Shown here: one piece after another, positions 29,623-39,555 of the stretch | How the letters are laid out: each line of letters begins with the position of its first letter | Numbering within the stretch: the first letter of the stretch is position 1 | Assembly (NCBI GenBank): GCA_938042355.1 | Contig: CALIRD010000099.1 | Location: forward strand, 6-64,005 | Source of the DNA: an uncultured Thiotrichales bacterium | GTDB taxonomy: Bacteria; Pseudomonadota; Gammaproteobacteria; CAZUMV01 | DNA length: 64,000 bases | Direction of reading: 5' to 3' | Notes under the pieces: generated by a model | Told to the model about the DNA's origin: nothing | The model's input: only the letters and a program-made list of their open reading frames with translations | Database searches by the model: none | Translations under genes and position numbers: made by a program

Positions 29623-30816
29623 TTATACGATTGCTGTAGCATCCGCCAGACTACTGTGCATTGACTGTTGTAGCAAATACTCTCTGCGTTTATCGGCGTT
29701 CTCATGCATCTCGCGCATCATGGCTAAGCGCATTTTTTGGCCTTGTTCTTCACCATGCTCTAGTATGGCTTTGTTCTGTTTGGTCTGTGCTTGGATGAAA
29801 TTATGGGTAATAGTTCGACGCTGTCGATCGTATAATTCAAATAACGCATCATCATGGCCATCTGTCAAGCAGGTGAGTATCTTGTCAGTCAGGTTCCAGG
29901 CATCATGAATGCCGCTGTTCATACCAAATCCACCCAGCGGGTTATTCAAGTGTGCTGCATCTCCCACCAAAAACACACGGCCGTGACTGAAGTTTTTAGC
30001 AACTCTTTGATGTACGCGGTAAATGGTTCGGTGTTCAGTTTCAACTGAGCTGTCATTAATCAAGCGATCAAATACACCTTCCTTATACGTGTCTGACAAC
30101 AAATGTTCATCATTATCAGACTCTTTTGCTGGCACCAGGATGCGCCAAACGCTGGGTACCCGAAGCAACACCATCCATTCGCTGGGATCAGATACATAAT
30201 TTACGTAAGCAATGTCGGGTATAAAATCCGCTAATTCCTTTTTGGTGGACAGACATAGGAATTTCTCAGGATAGGTGAAGCCTTCGAACTCAACTCCAAG
30301 CCACTTGCGCACAGTTGAGCTGCCGCCATCCGCAGCGATCAAATAATCCGCTTTAAGTGTGGTGATATCGATGCCCGTTTCAAATGAAGCGGTCACACCA
30401 TTTTCTTGTTGTTCAAAATGAACCAGTCGATGATCGAACAATACTTCAGCATTTTCATGTGCATCCAGTTTTCCGGCTACCAGTGATGCCATAACATGCT
30501 GTTCACATTGAACGCGGTAAGGAAATTCGGTGACGTCATCAATTTCAGCCAGGTCAAATTCCAGTATTTCACCAGTACTGCGTTCACGAAAATGATACAG
30601 AGGTGCAACCAGTCCTCTCTCTATGATCTCTTCCACCAAGCCGACTTCATGCAGCATTTCTAAAGTAGGGGAATGAAAGGTAGAGGCGCGAAGATCTTGG
30701 GCACAATTCATCCCCGCTTCACAAAGAGTCACTTTAACGCCGGCAAGCGCCAGACGATAGGCAGCAAGGGTTCCAACAGGACCTCCTCCGACAACAATGA
30801 CGTGCTTGTTCTTCAA
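29623..30816 (-). CDS. FAD-dependent aromatic-ring monooxygenase (UbiH/salicylate-hydroxylase family)
   Basis: N-terminal VIVVGGGPVGTLAAYRLALAG (GxGxxG) and LVGDAAHLNNPLGGFGMNSGIHDAWNL (DG/GD motifs). TTG start. Confidence 0.85.
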   Translation of the reverse strand: MKNKHVIVVGGGPVGTLAAYRLALAGVKVTLCEAGMNCAQDLRASTFHSPTLEMLHEVGLVEEIIERGLVAPLYHFRERSTGEILEFDLAEIDDVTEFPYRVQCEQHVMASLVAGKLDAHENAEVLFDHRLVHFEQQENGVTASFETGIDITTLKADYLIAADGGSSTVRKWLGVEFEGFTYPEKFLCLSTKKELADFIPDIAYVNYVSDPSEWMVLLRVPSVWRILVPAKESDNDEHLLSDTYKEGVFDRLINDSSVETEHRTIYRVHQRVAKNFSHGRVFLVGDAAHLNNPLGGFGMNSGIHDAWNLTDKILTCLTDGHDDALFELYDRQRRTITHNFIQAQTKQNKAILEHGEEQGQKMRLAMMREMHENADKRREYLLQQSMHSSLADATAIV

Positions 30817-30989
30817 ATCTTGAATATCCCATTAAACTTTAGAACATCGTACCGGAGCTGACATTTGAGGTGCTGTTATATACGATTTAGGTTTCATCTG
30901 GTGAAATCTCAGTGTACTCTTGTGTTCTATGTCTTGGAGTGATTATTTTTACTGTGTAATTTATCCACTCTAAACGACGGGTTACCAAT

Positions 30990-31658
30990 ATGATGACGAA
31001 AGAAAAATTAACCGTGCGAATACATGAGCTACTGGCGGGTCATGATTTTACAACGGTGCTGCCAGAAGCTAAAAGTACTGAGTTGAAAAAGACTCTGGAT
31101 GAGCTAATTCCATTCTCGCCTGTACCTGACCCAATGGACAACCAGCATGCAGCAGAGGGTGTATGGGAGTGTAATTACGCCAACTTCGGGGTTAAGCATG
31201 CTGCTGAGCAACCGATGTTACACAGGTCAAGTCTGGCTAAACAAAGCTGGAATAATTTACCCAATATTCCGGCTGATATGATTGATATCCGGCAGGAAAT
31301 CCTCGTTAGTACCAAGGCCTACAACAATGTCGTAAAGTTACGTAGTACAACGTCTGATTGTGAAGCTGTGGTAGTGCTCTACGGGACTTATTCGGGTGAT
31401 GATGACAATCGTACTCGATACTCGGTTGCATTCTCGGAGGTTTCACTGGAGCCCATGAACGGTGACAGTGAGGCTGAGCTCCGTAGCGGCTTCGGTATTG
31501 ATGACGATGTGCCACTTCGTACCACGTTTAACCCGCCAAAACTTCATTCAGATATTGTTTATGTAGATGACAGGCTAAGAATCAACTATGGCAGTCTTGG
31601 CGGGTATTATGTCAATACCAAAATTGATGAAGCTGGATATTCGATAGACTACCAATGA
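30990..31658 (+). CDS. Hypothetical protein (222 aa)
   Basis: Clean ORF immediately upstream of the IclR gene. No recognisable motif. Confidence 0.45.
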   Translation: MMTKEKLTVRIHELLAGHDFTTVLPEAKSTELKKTLDELIPFSPVPDPMDNQHAAEGVWECNYANFGVKHAAEQPMLHRSSLAKQSWNNLPNIPADMIDIRQEILVSTKAYNNVVKLRSTTSDCEAVVVLYGTYSGDDDNRTRYSVAFSEVSLEPMNGDSEAELRSGFGIDDDVPLRTTFNPPKLHSDIVYVDDRLRINYGSLGGYYVNTKIDEAGYSIDYQ

Positions 31659-31667
31659 GGTCATCTG

Positions 31668-32489
31668 GTGCCAACTGATCCGGAAGCTCGCTCGGAGTTA
31701 ACCATACGAGCATTAAGCAGAGGCTTGCGATTGCTTTCTGTATTGAATTCTCGAGGTGAAGCCAGTCTGGCTGACCTTGCTAAAGAAACAGGTTTGCCCA
31801 GACCCACAGCTTATCGTTTGCTGCAGAGTTTACTAGCAGAAAATTACATAACCAAAGATGAGGCGTTAAGTACCTACCATCCTGCACCGCGCTGCTGTTC
31901 ATTGAGTAGCGGTTTCATGGAAGATGCCTGGTTACTGGAGCACACACAAGAAGATTTAAACAAGCTGGGTGATGAGTTGATCTGGCCAATTTCTATAGCG
32001 ACTAATGCAGGCACACGCATGATCGTTCGCAAAAACACAGATATTGAAAGCCCTCTGGCAGTACGTAAATTTATGCCTGGTACCTCTCTGGCTTTGCTTG
32101 AAAGTGCTTCCGGAAAACTTTTTCTGGCCAAATGCACTGCTGCCCGCAGAGCAAAATTGCTGAATATTATTTCGGCATCTTCCGATCCGATGCTCAAGAC
32201 GGAAAGCGATCGCGCCAGACTTGAGAAGCTGCTTGATAAAATTCGGTTAGATGGTTATGCCACCCATACGAAACCTGGTAAATACAGTGAAGCACGAGCG
32301 ATTGCTGTGCCAATTAAAGTAGAAAAAAAAGTAATCGCCACGTTAACCATTAGATATGCCAAAACTGCAGTCAGCAACAAGCGCGCTGAAAAAGAATTTT
32401 TACCTTTGATGTTTGAAACAGCGCGCAAGATTGGCGTAAAAATTAGTGCTGACCAGCGGGCGCTGCCTGCGTTTGGATTGGGTGAGTGA
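31668..32489 (+). CDS. IclR-family transcriptional regulator
   Basis: HTH ASLADLAKETGLPRPTAYRLLQSL followed by an IclR effector domain. GTG start. Confidence 0.8.
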   Translation: MPTDPEARSELTIRALSRGLRLLSVLNSRGEASLADLAKETGLPRPTAYRLLQSLLAENYITKDEALSTYHPAPRCCSLSSGFMEDAWLLEHTQEDLNKLGDELIWPISIATNAGTRMIVRKNTDIESPLAVRKFMPGTSLALLESASGKLFLAKCTAARRAKLLNIISASSDPMLKTESDRARLEKLLDKIRLDGYATHTKPGKYSEARAIAVPIKVEKKVIATLTIRYAKTAVSNKRAEKEFLPLMFETARKIGVKISADQRALPAFGLGE

Positions 32490-32496
32490 GGGTGGG

Positions 32497-33681
32497 TTAT
32501 TTGGCATTCTTCAGCACCAGATTGACCAGAATTGAATCATCAAAACTCATGCTAACCTGGCCAGTTCTCACGATAACCAAGTCTTGAGACGGAACAATAT
32601 AGACACGTTGTCCGCCAAAGCCATCAAAGAATACAACATCATCAGCCAGGTAAGGCGCACTATGAGTCACCGCAATTGCAGTGTTAGGTCCATATTCGCG
32701 GCTGCCATCTTCTGGCGCATCAAGCCACACACCCAGTCCGTACAAACGATTTGATTCAGCTGGTGTGGTGAGTATCTTAATGGCTTCTGAAGGCACGACT
32801 TGCTTTCCGTATAATTGCCCTTCATTTTTTATCAGCAGACCAATTTTCAGCCAGTCACCCGCACTGGCTTGCATGCCTGCATAAAATCGCGGAATGCCAT
32901 TGTCCTGACCACTCGAAAGCCAGGCATCTCCAGCACCAATTGGTCGCCAGATTTTTTCAGATAAATACTCGGCATAACTTGTATTGAAGGCTTGGTCTAT
33001 ATATCGGCGAATGACTGCACCGGCAACCTGATAGTTGATAGTGGCATATTCAAAGCCCAGTCCAGCATCATCGACAGGATTTGAAAGCGCTGCTTCTTCA
33101 ATGTCATCACCAATCAAAATCTCCATGGTGCGGAAGTCAGGATTAGCCATTGATACAACTTCAAGCGGGGTGGTGTGTTGCAACAGCTCCCTGAGCGTTA
33201 TTTCACCGCGGACATCCTCTTTCCATTCAACCAGTACTTTTGAGACTGGATCATCCAAGGCTAGAATTCCTTCAGCATGCAATGTTGCCGCCATCAGGCC
33301 GGTGATGGATTTGTTCATGGAGTAGGAAGCTGTAACCGCATTACGATCCATGCCATCGGCATAATGTTCAAATTGGATCTTGCCATTTTTCCAGACCAAC
33401 AGGCTGAGTCCATTTTCCTGATCGTGATAATCAATCAGGCTGATTTTTGTTGCTTCGCTTAATTCTGGCGTTTCTGCCACTAATAACTTTGAGTCGTCAA
33501 GATTTCCTGCTACTGGAGTTACCGTGGTTTCCCATTCGCGAACATTATCTGTTCGCATGTTACCCATGTTGGCCAGATTGCTAACCATGGTCCAGTTCAT
33601 TGCGGAAAAAATGGCAATAGCAATAATAGCCAGTAGCAGCAGCACAAAGATGATTTTCACGATTTTTTTAAAGAATTTCAT
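32497..33681 (-). CDS. Beta-lactamase-fold serine hydrolase (esterase/peptidase), N-terminal membrane anchor
   Basis: SxxK motif SMNKS, plus a C-terminal PYLADDVVFFDGFGGQRVYIVPSQDLVIVRTG shared with the next gene. Confidence 0.8.
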   Translation of the reverse strand: MKFFKKIVKIIFVLLLLAIIAIAIFSAMNWTMVSNLANMGNMRTDNVREWETTVTPVAGNLDDSKLLVAETPELSEATKISLIDYHDQENGLSLLVWKNGKIQFEHYADGMDRNAVTASYSMNKSITGLMAATLHAEGILALDDPVSKVLVEWKEDVRGEITLRELLQHTTPLEVVSMANPDFRTMEILIGDDIEEAALSNPVDDAGLGFEYATINYQVAGAVIRRYIDQAFNTSYAEYLSEKIWRPIGAGDAWLSSGQDNGIPRFYAGMQASAGDWLKIGLLIKNEGQLYGKQVVPSEAIKILTTPAESNRLYGLGVWLDAPEDGSREYGPNTAIAVTHSAPYLADDVVFFDGFGGQRVYIVPSQDLVIVRTGQVSMSFDDSILVNLVLKNAK

Positions 33682-33694
33682 AGTTGAATGGTTT

Positions 33695-34948
33695 TCAATT
33701 CAAACCGCGTAGTATGGTGTTAGGCAGATAGCTGTTATCCCATTCTGGCTCACTCCTCGCTCGGCCAAGTGCTGTTCGAAGAATGACTAGTTCTTTTGAT
33801 GGAATAATGTAAACCACCTGATTTCTATTGCCATCAAATAACACAAGATCATCGGCCAGGTAGGGTTCACTATGATAGACCTTGAGATTGTCTGGTATGG
33901 AATCTGGATTGGCGTAACCTCGTCTCTCAATGTACGGTTGACCGATGTAAATTCCCATACCGCTATGTTTGTTATTAGGGCTTGGTGAGCTGATTCGTTC
34001 TACATAGCCTTCCGGTAAGATTCTTGTGCCCTCCCAAATACCATCCTGCATAACCAGAATTGCCAGCCTCAAATAGGTTTCTGCAGGAAGTAATATGCAA
34101 CAACCCGAGTGTGCAGTTCCACCTGGTCGGTTAACAAAAACCTTACCACCTTGAGCTCCCAACGGTTTGAACAGCTCGTCGCTTAACCAGTTATGGTAAC
34201 GCTGGCTGGTAGCACGTTCCAGAATTAAGGCAACTATTTCGCCGTTAGCATTCGAGTACTCATATCGTGATCCTGGTTCATCTACCAGAGGGTACTCATG
34301 CAATATAACTTCAGTATGTCGTGGATGCAGGTAGGCACGATTTAAAATATCATCTGCGGTTGTGGCCAGCGCCTGTGGCAACAAGCCACTACTCATATTA
34401 AGAAAATGATTGAGTTGAATTTTGCTTTTGTTGGTGTTTTTCCATTCAGGCAAATGATTGGTAACCGGAATATTCAAGTTTTTGATGAAGCCTTTATTAA
34501 TTGCGGTACCCACAGCAGCGACCGATACGGGCTTGGCCAGCGAGTAGGAGGTTATCAATGAGTCGGCAGTAATGTCGCCAAAGTATTTTTCAGCGACAAT
34601 TTCTCCTTTATGCCAGACAATCAATGCCGAAGAATTATTTACTTCAGCATAATTAAAGGCATTTTCCATGGCTGGTTGTGATATCGAGGTGCTGTTGAGG
34701 TTACGTGGGAGCGGCTGATAGTCACTCGTGCCAGAAACAGGCTCGAGATTATCATAGGGAGGGACGTTGCCAGTAGTTCTGATTGCTTCGGCTAGTGCAT
34801 TAAAGCGTTCTAAATATTTGGCTTCGTCAGCAGCGCTGAAAGGAGGTTTGTTTGGGTCATTAACCGGAGTACTGTTGCAGGCGGCTAGTAAAGTGAAAGC
34901 AACAATTATCAGACATAAGGCGACGCTTGGAATTTCAGTCTTGTTCAT
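33695..34948 (-). CDS. Beta-lactamase-fold serine hydrolase, lipoprotein (tandem paralog of the previous gene)
   Basis: Lipobox LLAACNS. SxxK motif SLAKP. C-terminal PYLADDLVLFDGNRNQVVYIIPSKELVILRT nearly identical in pattern to the gene at 32497. RBS AGGAGCCC. Confidence 0.8.
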   Translation of the reverse strand: MNKTEIPSVALCLIIVAFTLLAACNSTPVNDPNKPPFSAADEAKYLERFNALAEAIRTTGNVPPYDNLEPVSGTSDYQPLPRNLNSTSISQPAMENAFNYAEVNNSSALIVWHKGEIVAEKYFGDITADSLITSYSLAKPVSVAAVGTAINKGFIKNLNIPVTNHLPEWKNTNKSKIQLNHFLNMSSGLLPQALATTADDILNRAYLHPRHTEVILHEYPLVDEPGSRYEYSNANGEIVALILERATSQRYHNWLSDELFKPLGAQGGKVFVNRPGGTAHSGCCILLPAETYLRLAILVMQDGIWEGTRILPEGYVERISSPSPNNKHSGMGIYIGQPYIERRGYANPDSIPDNLKVYHSEPYLADDLVLFDGNRNQVVYIIPSKELVILRTALGRARSEPEWDNSYLPNTILRGLN

Positions 34949-35126
34949 GTCGGGCTCCTGATGAAGATGTATTGAATAATAATCCAGATTGTAGCAGTTT
35001 CAATGTTTCGTCTGGCGGTCTGTTTTGCTAATTTTTCAGAATGAATTAACCGCGGTAACTTAAGTAAATTACACTTCTTATAATGTCTAGAATTACTTAT
35101 ACAACATACTGTGGGAGAACAAACAG

Positions 35127-36329
35127 GTGCTGAACATATTCCAACAAGCCGAGCACGCTATGCTGCCAAAGATGACAGCTGCAGAACGCTCGCGACAAGA
35201 ATTCGCCAAGTCATTCAAGCAACATATACAGGCTAATTTTCTGCCGGCAGTGACGTCGGCATATTTCAAGCGTGCTGTCCCGGCTTATGCTGAAGAAAAA
35301 GGTGAGGCGCCTACTGATTACCGAGAAGCGAGAACAGCCTTTCAAGATGATCCTTTATTTCAATTTTATTTATCTTCGCAACGCGTAAGTCAGGAGTTAA
35401 TGTGGTTCGGAGTGAACGAATCGATTACCCGGCAACTGGATGAGTTGAAACAACAGGCGGAACAATTACCGGCTACCGGCGGCACACTGGAAATCGATGA
35501 TGATTTCACGGTACCTAAATATGTTTCATCTCTGGATATACACTGCATGCCTGGTGGCTATGTAGGTAAGGATGGAAGTGACCCGCTTCATGCAGGTGCG
35601 CTGTATGATCGTGGTGTCTACTTATATGCGATGGGGTATATGGGGCCTAACAATGATGATATGGGTCGCTCCGTATGTAATTACATAACCCGTAACCTCC
35701 TTGATTTCAAACCAATGAAAATTCTGGATATTGGTTGCACTGTTGGGCATTCAACCTTGCCTTATGCCGAGCTGTTTCCCAACGCAGAGGTTACTGCAAT
35801 TGATGTCGCAGGTTCTTGTGTAACCTATGCACATTACCGGGCAGAAGCGATGGGCTTACCTGTGCATTTCAAGCAGAGAAATGCCGAAGCTACCGGTTTT
35901 GAAGATGAGAGCTTTGATCTGGTTGTCTCACATATACTTCTGCATGAAACATCAAAAAAGGCGATGCCTAAAATCTTCAATGAGTGTCATCGTATATTGA
36001 AACCAGGCGGCTACATGATTCATGCCGATCTGCCACCATTCGAAAATATGGATGCCTATACACAGCTGATACTGGATAACGAAACCTGGTACAACAATGA
36101 GCCATTCTGGAGTGCAATGAGAGAAATGGATCAGATTGAATTGGCGAAAAAAGCCGGCTTTGCAGAAGAAGATATATTCTTTGATACCGCAGGTATGGCC
36201 ATCATGGAACAAGCCAGACAGGCTGAGCTGGATGTGGCTGATGCGGTTGAAGAACTCGGAGAGCGAGAGTTTACTGCTGGTGAGTATGCTCCTGGCGGAG
36301 GCTGGGAAGTACTGGTCGGTAAGAAATGA
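35127..36329 (+). CDS. Class-I SAM-dependent methyltransferase with long N-terminal extension (paralog MT2)
   Basis: KILDIGCTVGHST. TAIDVAG. HFKQRNAEATGFEDESFDLVVSHILLHE. RILKPGG. NNEPFW. N-terminal MPGGYVG. GTG start at 35127, or alternatively ATG at ~35160. Confidence 0.8.
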   Translation: MLNIFQQAEHAMLPKMTAAERSRQEFAKSFKQHIQANFLPAVTSAYFKRAVPAYAEEKGEAPTDYREARTAFQDDPLFQFYLSSQRVSQELMWFGVNESITRQLDELKQQAEQLPATGGTLEIDDDFTVPKYVSSLDIHCMPGGYVGKDGSDPLHAGALYDRGVYLYAMGYMGPNNDDMGRSVCNYITRNLLDFKPMKILDIGCTVGHSTLPYAELFPNAEVTAIDVAGSCVTYAHYRAEAMGLPVHFKQRNAEATGFEDESFDLVVSHILLHETSKKAMPKIFNECHRILKPGGYMIHADLPPFENMDAYTQLILDNETWYNNEPFWSAMREMDQIELAKKAGFAEEDIFFDTAGMAIMEQARQAELDVADAVEELGEREFTAGEYAPGGGWEVLVGKK

Positions 36330-36353
36330 AAGCAGCGCAACTAGAGAATTAAT

Positions 36354-36695
36354 ATGCGAACGGAAAATATAATCAAGGGCAAGCGTCCTGAAATGTTTGA
36401 TTCACCTGGTGTTGATTACCTGATTCACATGGTGATGGTACTCACACAGGAGCTAAGTGTGGCGAATGACCAGATGGACACTTTAAAGCGTCTACTGATT
36501 GAAAAAGAGGTCTTGAATGCCGATGAGTTGGAGCGCTATAGCCCTGATCAGACTACACTGGAAGAACGAGAAACTCGACGCCAAAGCATGCTGGACACTT
36601 TGTTTTCTGTGATTTACCAGGAGGCTGCTGAAATAGAGCGTAAAGACAGTAAGCAAAAATTTCACCAAACTATCAAAGATATCGCCAGTGAGTAA
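36354..36695 (+). CDS. Small protein 'B' (113 aa), paralog of A, C and D; function unknown
   Basis: Core YLIHMVMVLTQELSVANDQMDTLKRLLIEKEVLNADELERYSPD. Lies 24 nt downstream of MT2 and 34 nt upstream of the monooxygenase. Confidence 0.6.
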   Translation: MRTENIIKGKRPEMFDSPGVDYLIHMVMVLTQELSVANDQMDTLKRLLIEKEVLNADELERYSPDQTTLEERETRRQSMLDTLFSVIYQEAAEIERKDSKQKFHQTIKDIASE

Positions 36696-36729
36696 ATCCG
36701 GTGTCGTAACTGATATTGGGATTGACTGA

Positions 36730-37923
36730 ATGAGTAAAAAAGATGAATTGCCAATCGCAATCATCGGAGCGGGGATTGGTGGACTGACTCTTGCTTTGGC
36801 GCTACTCAAGCAAAACAAGAGTGTGCGCTTGTTTGAGAAGGTTTCACGATTTGCACAAATAGGTGCGGGTCTCTCCCTGGCTCCGAACTGTGCGAAGGTA
36901 TTGCAGCGTCTTGGTGTGTTAAAAAATATTGCGCCATTAGCTGATACACCCGAATCAGGTTTTATCCTGCTCGGTGATAGTGGAGAGCAAATTCACAATA
37001 CGCCTTTTTCCAAAATCGAATCGATTTTTGGTTACCCGTACTATCAAATCCATCGTGCGCGCTGTCACCAGTTACTGGTAGATGAGGTTTTAGCGCATGA
37101 CCCTGATTGTATTGAAATGAACGCCGAGCTCCTTGCGATTGATCAGTCTGGTGAGCAAATCTGTCTGGATTTCATTCACCAGAGAAAGCAACGAGTGGCC
37201 TGTGTGATTGGTTGTGATGGGGTCAGATCAGCAGTTCGGAAATTGTATTTTGACGAAACCGCGCCTCTTTTTACTGGCTATGTGGCATGGCGAGCGTTAG
37301 TGCCTATGAACGATATTGACGCTACCTATCAGCAGCCAGTCTCTTTTGTAAATCTCATGCATCAGCGCCAACTTGTTCATTATCCAATAAATCTTGGGCA
37401 GTATCTGAATGTAGCGGCTTTCGCAGAACAGGACTGGCAAATTGAAAGTTGGACAGAACCGGCAGATATAGAGGAAATGCATAGTGTTTACAGTGATTTC
37501 AGGCCCTCGGTACATGAATTGATTGACGCAATTGACCCGGAACACTGTTTCAAGTGGGCCTTATATGATCGGGATCCTATCGATCATTGGAGTAAAGAAA
37601 AAGTGGTCTTGATGGGGGATGCTGCTCATCCGATGTTACCTTACTTGGGGCAGGGCGCCGCCATGGCAATTGAAGATGCCTGGTATCTGTCACAAGCGAT
37701 TGCAATCTACGATGACTACGAAACGGCTTTCTCTGCTTTCCAGCGAGCAAGAAAAACCCGTACCGATTGGGTTCTGCAAGAATCTCGTGCCGCAGGTCAG
37801 CGATTTGCCACCGAGAAGCCTTCTGCTGAAACCTATGCTGATGATAAAGCGATGTCGACCAAGGTGATGTTTGGCTTTGACCCGATTGCAGAATGCGAGC
37901 AGGCTTACTCTAGCGCTGCCTGA
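36730..37923 (+). CDS. FAD-dependent monooxygenase (salicylate-hydroxylase-like)
   Basis: IAIIGAGIGGLTLALALLK and LMGDAAHPMLPYLGQGAAMAIEDAWYL. Confidence 0.85.
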   Translation: MSKKDELPIAIIGAGIGGLTLALALLKQNKSVRLFEKVSRFAQIGAGLSLAPNCAKVLQRLGVLKNIAPLADTPESGFILLGDSGEQIHNTPFSKIESIFGYPYYQIHRARCHQLLVDEVLAHDPDCIEMNAELLAIDQSGEQICLDFIHQRKQRVACVIGCDGVRSAVRKLYFDETAPLFTGYVAWRALVPMNDIDATYQQPVSFVNLMHQRQLVHYPINLGQYLNVAAFAEQDWQIESWTEPADIEEMHSVYSDFRPSVHELIDAIDPEHCFKWALYDRDPIDHWSKEKVVLMGDAAHPMLPYLGQGAAMAIEDAWYLSQAIAIYDDYETAFSAFQRARKTRTDWVLQESRAAGQRFATEKPSAETYADDKAMSTKVMFGFDPIAECEQAYSSAA

Positions 37924-39325
37924 TACTTTTTTTGCCAAACCAGGCAACCAGAAAAGCACAGACAAAGGGTATCACTCTCTCAGCAAAATCCCCGGGGGCA
38001 TCCGGCGCCATATAGAAACCGATTGCCAACACAAAGCCGACACAAATTGAGGCTGTTTTTATACCAGTTGGCAAGCTGTAACCTGCCAGACGCAGTGCAA
38101 CGACCGGACCAAATGCTGCACCCAATGCAGTCCAGGCAAACAATGCACGGCTGAAAATGGCTTCCGGTGCCAGCAAGGTAATGAGAGTGGCGGCGAACAC
38201 CATCACGATCACAGCGTATCTGGACAGGGTTAGAGGTGAGAGTTTCAAGCGTTCATTGAGCTTCAGGTCGTGACTCAAGACCGAAGCGCTTACCAACAAC
38301 TGACTATCAGCCGTGGACATAATCGCTGACAAGATGGCCGCAATAATGATGCCACCAATCACCGGATGGAATAGTTCGGTTGTCAGAATAAAAAATATGT
38401 TTTCGGGGTTGTCATAATTTGACTGCATCGCGATCCCGGAAAGGCCGACTATGAATATGCCAAGCTGGACCACCAGAAACCACGCTACCGTAATTTTTCT
38501 ACCTTGCCGTATGGCAGCGTCATCCCGTATTGCCATGAACCTGACCAGCATATGGGGTTGCCCCAAGGGGCCCAGGCAGACCGCCAGATTGCCGACAATC
38601 ACGCCCATTGCCATGAGTCCAAAAGCTTGCCCGGTCAGGTGCAGTTGTTCGCTGGAAGCCACTTGCTGGAGTGAATGCAGTAGCTCAATCGGTCCTCCAA
38701 TATGGATTAAAGCAGCAATGGGTAACGCGAGCGCGGCAAATGCCATGATGATACCTTGGACAGCATCCGTAACGCTGACCGCCCAGAACCCTCCAAGCAT
38801 GGTATAGATGGCAATAATAACCGCTCCAATGATGACCCCTTGAGCGACCGGCATATTGAACGAGGTAGAAAATAAATTCCCAGCGCCTTGAAATTGAGCG
38901 GCAACATACAGTGCAAACGAAATCAGAATAACCACGGCGCAAATGCCGGCTAATAATTTTCTGCTCTGGCCTTTGCTTTCATGACAAATAAAATCTACCA
39001 GCGTTAAGTCGTTTTGTTCCAGTGACACTTTACGTAACTTTGGCGCCACCCAGAACCAGGCGATTAACATACCAAAAAAACTTCCCAGCAAGAGCCAGAT
39101 AGCTGATATGCCGATCAATACAACAATTCCGCTAAAACCAAGTAATTGCCATGCCGATGACGAGCTGGCGGAATAGCTTAAGGCGCTGACAAATGGGCCC
39201 AGTTTTCTTCCACCAAGAAAGAAATCCTGTTGATCGCTCACTCGTTTTTGTGCCCAAAACCCAATAAACAAGAGCAGTGCTTTATAGGCGATCAGGACGA
39301 TCAATATGGAATTGGCTTGATTCAT
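37910..39325 (-). CDS. Sodium:solute symporter (SSS family) transporter
   Basis: 13-TM pattern. N-terminal FFLGGRKLGPFVSALSYSASSSSAWQLLGFSG is typical of SSS. Confidence 0.85.
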   Translation of the reverse strand: MNQANSILIVLIAYKALLLFIGFWAQKRVSDQQDFFLGGRKLGPFVSALSYSASSSSAWQLLGFSGIVVLIGISAIWLLLGSFFGMLIAWFWVAPKLRKVSLEQNDLTLVDFICHESKGQSRKLLAGICAVVILISFALYVAAQFQGAGNLFSTSFNMPVAQGVIIGAVIIAIYTMLGGFWAVSVTDAVQGIIMAFAALALPIAALIHIGGPIELLHSLQQVASSEQLHLTGQAFGLMAMGVIVGNLAVCLGPLGQPHMLVRFMAIRDDAAIRQGRKITVAWFLVVQLGIFIVGLSGIAMQSNYDNPENIFFILTTELFHPVIGGIIIAAILSAIMSTADSQLLVSASVLSHDLKLNERLKLSPLTLSRYAVIVMVFAATLITLLAPEAIFSRALFAWTALGAAFGPVVALRLAGYSLPTGIKTASICVGFVLAIGFYMAPDAPGDFAERVIPFVCAFLVAWFGKKSIRQR

Positions 39326-39555
39326 AATCTGAATTTTCTATTTTTTTCTAGCTTACTATACGTGTGGTGCGTGTTGATATTGAATATCTGCATTATTCGA
39401 GCCTGGTCAAGCTGTATATACTGTTTTCGCCTGACGAAATTTAATCCGAGATTCAACATTGTCAGTGGTCGAATTTGGCAAGCTGTCTTATCAGCACACT
39501 GTAGTCACTTATGACATATACTTTTGCTTCACATTTGGAGAGCTAGAATATCGTA

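Noticed and set aside
39326-39555. Near-palindrome GATATTGAATATC in the divergent SSS/GPH promoter region
   Set aside because: Imperfect (central asymmetry), with 5-bp arms only. Insufficient to call an operator.
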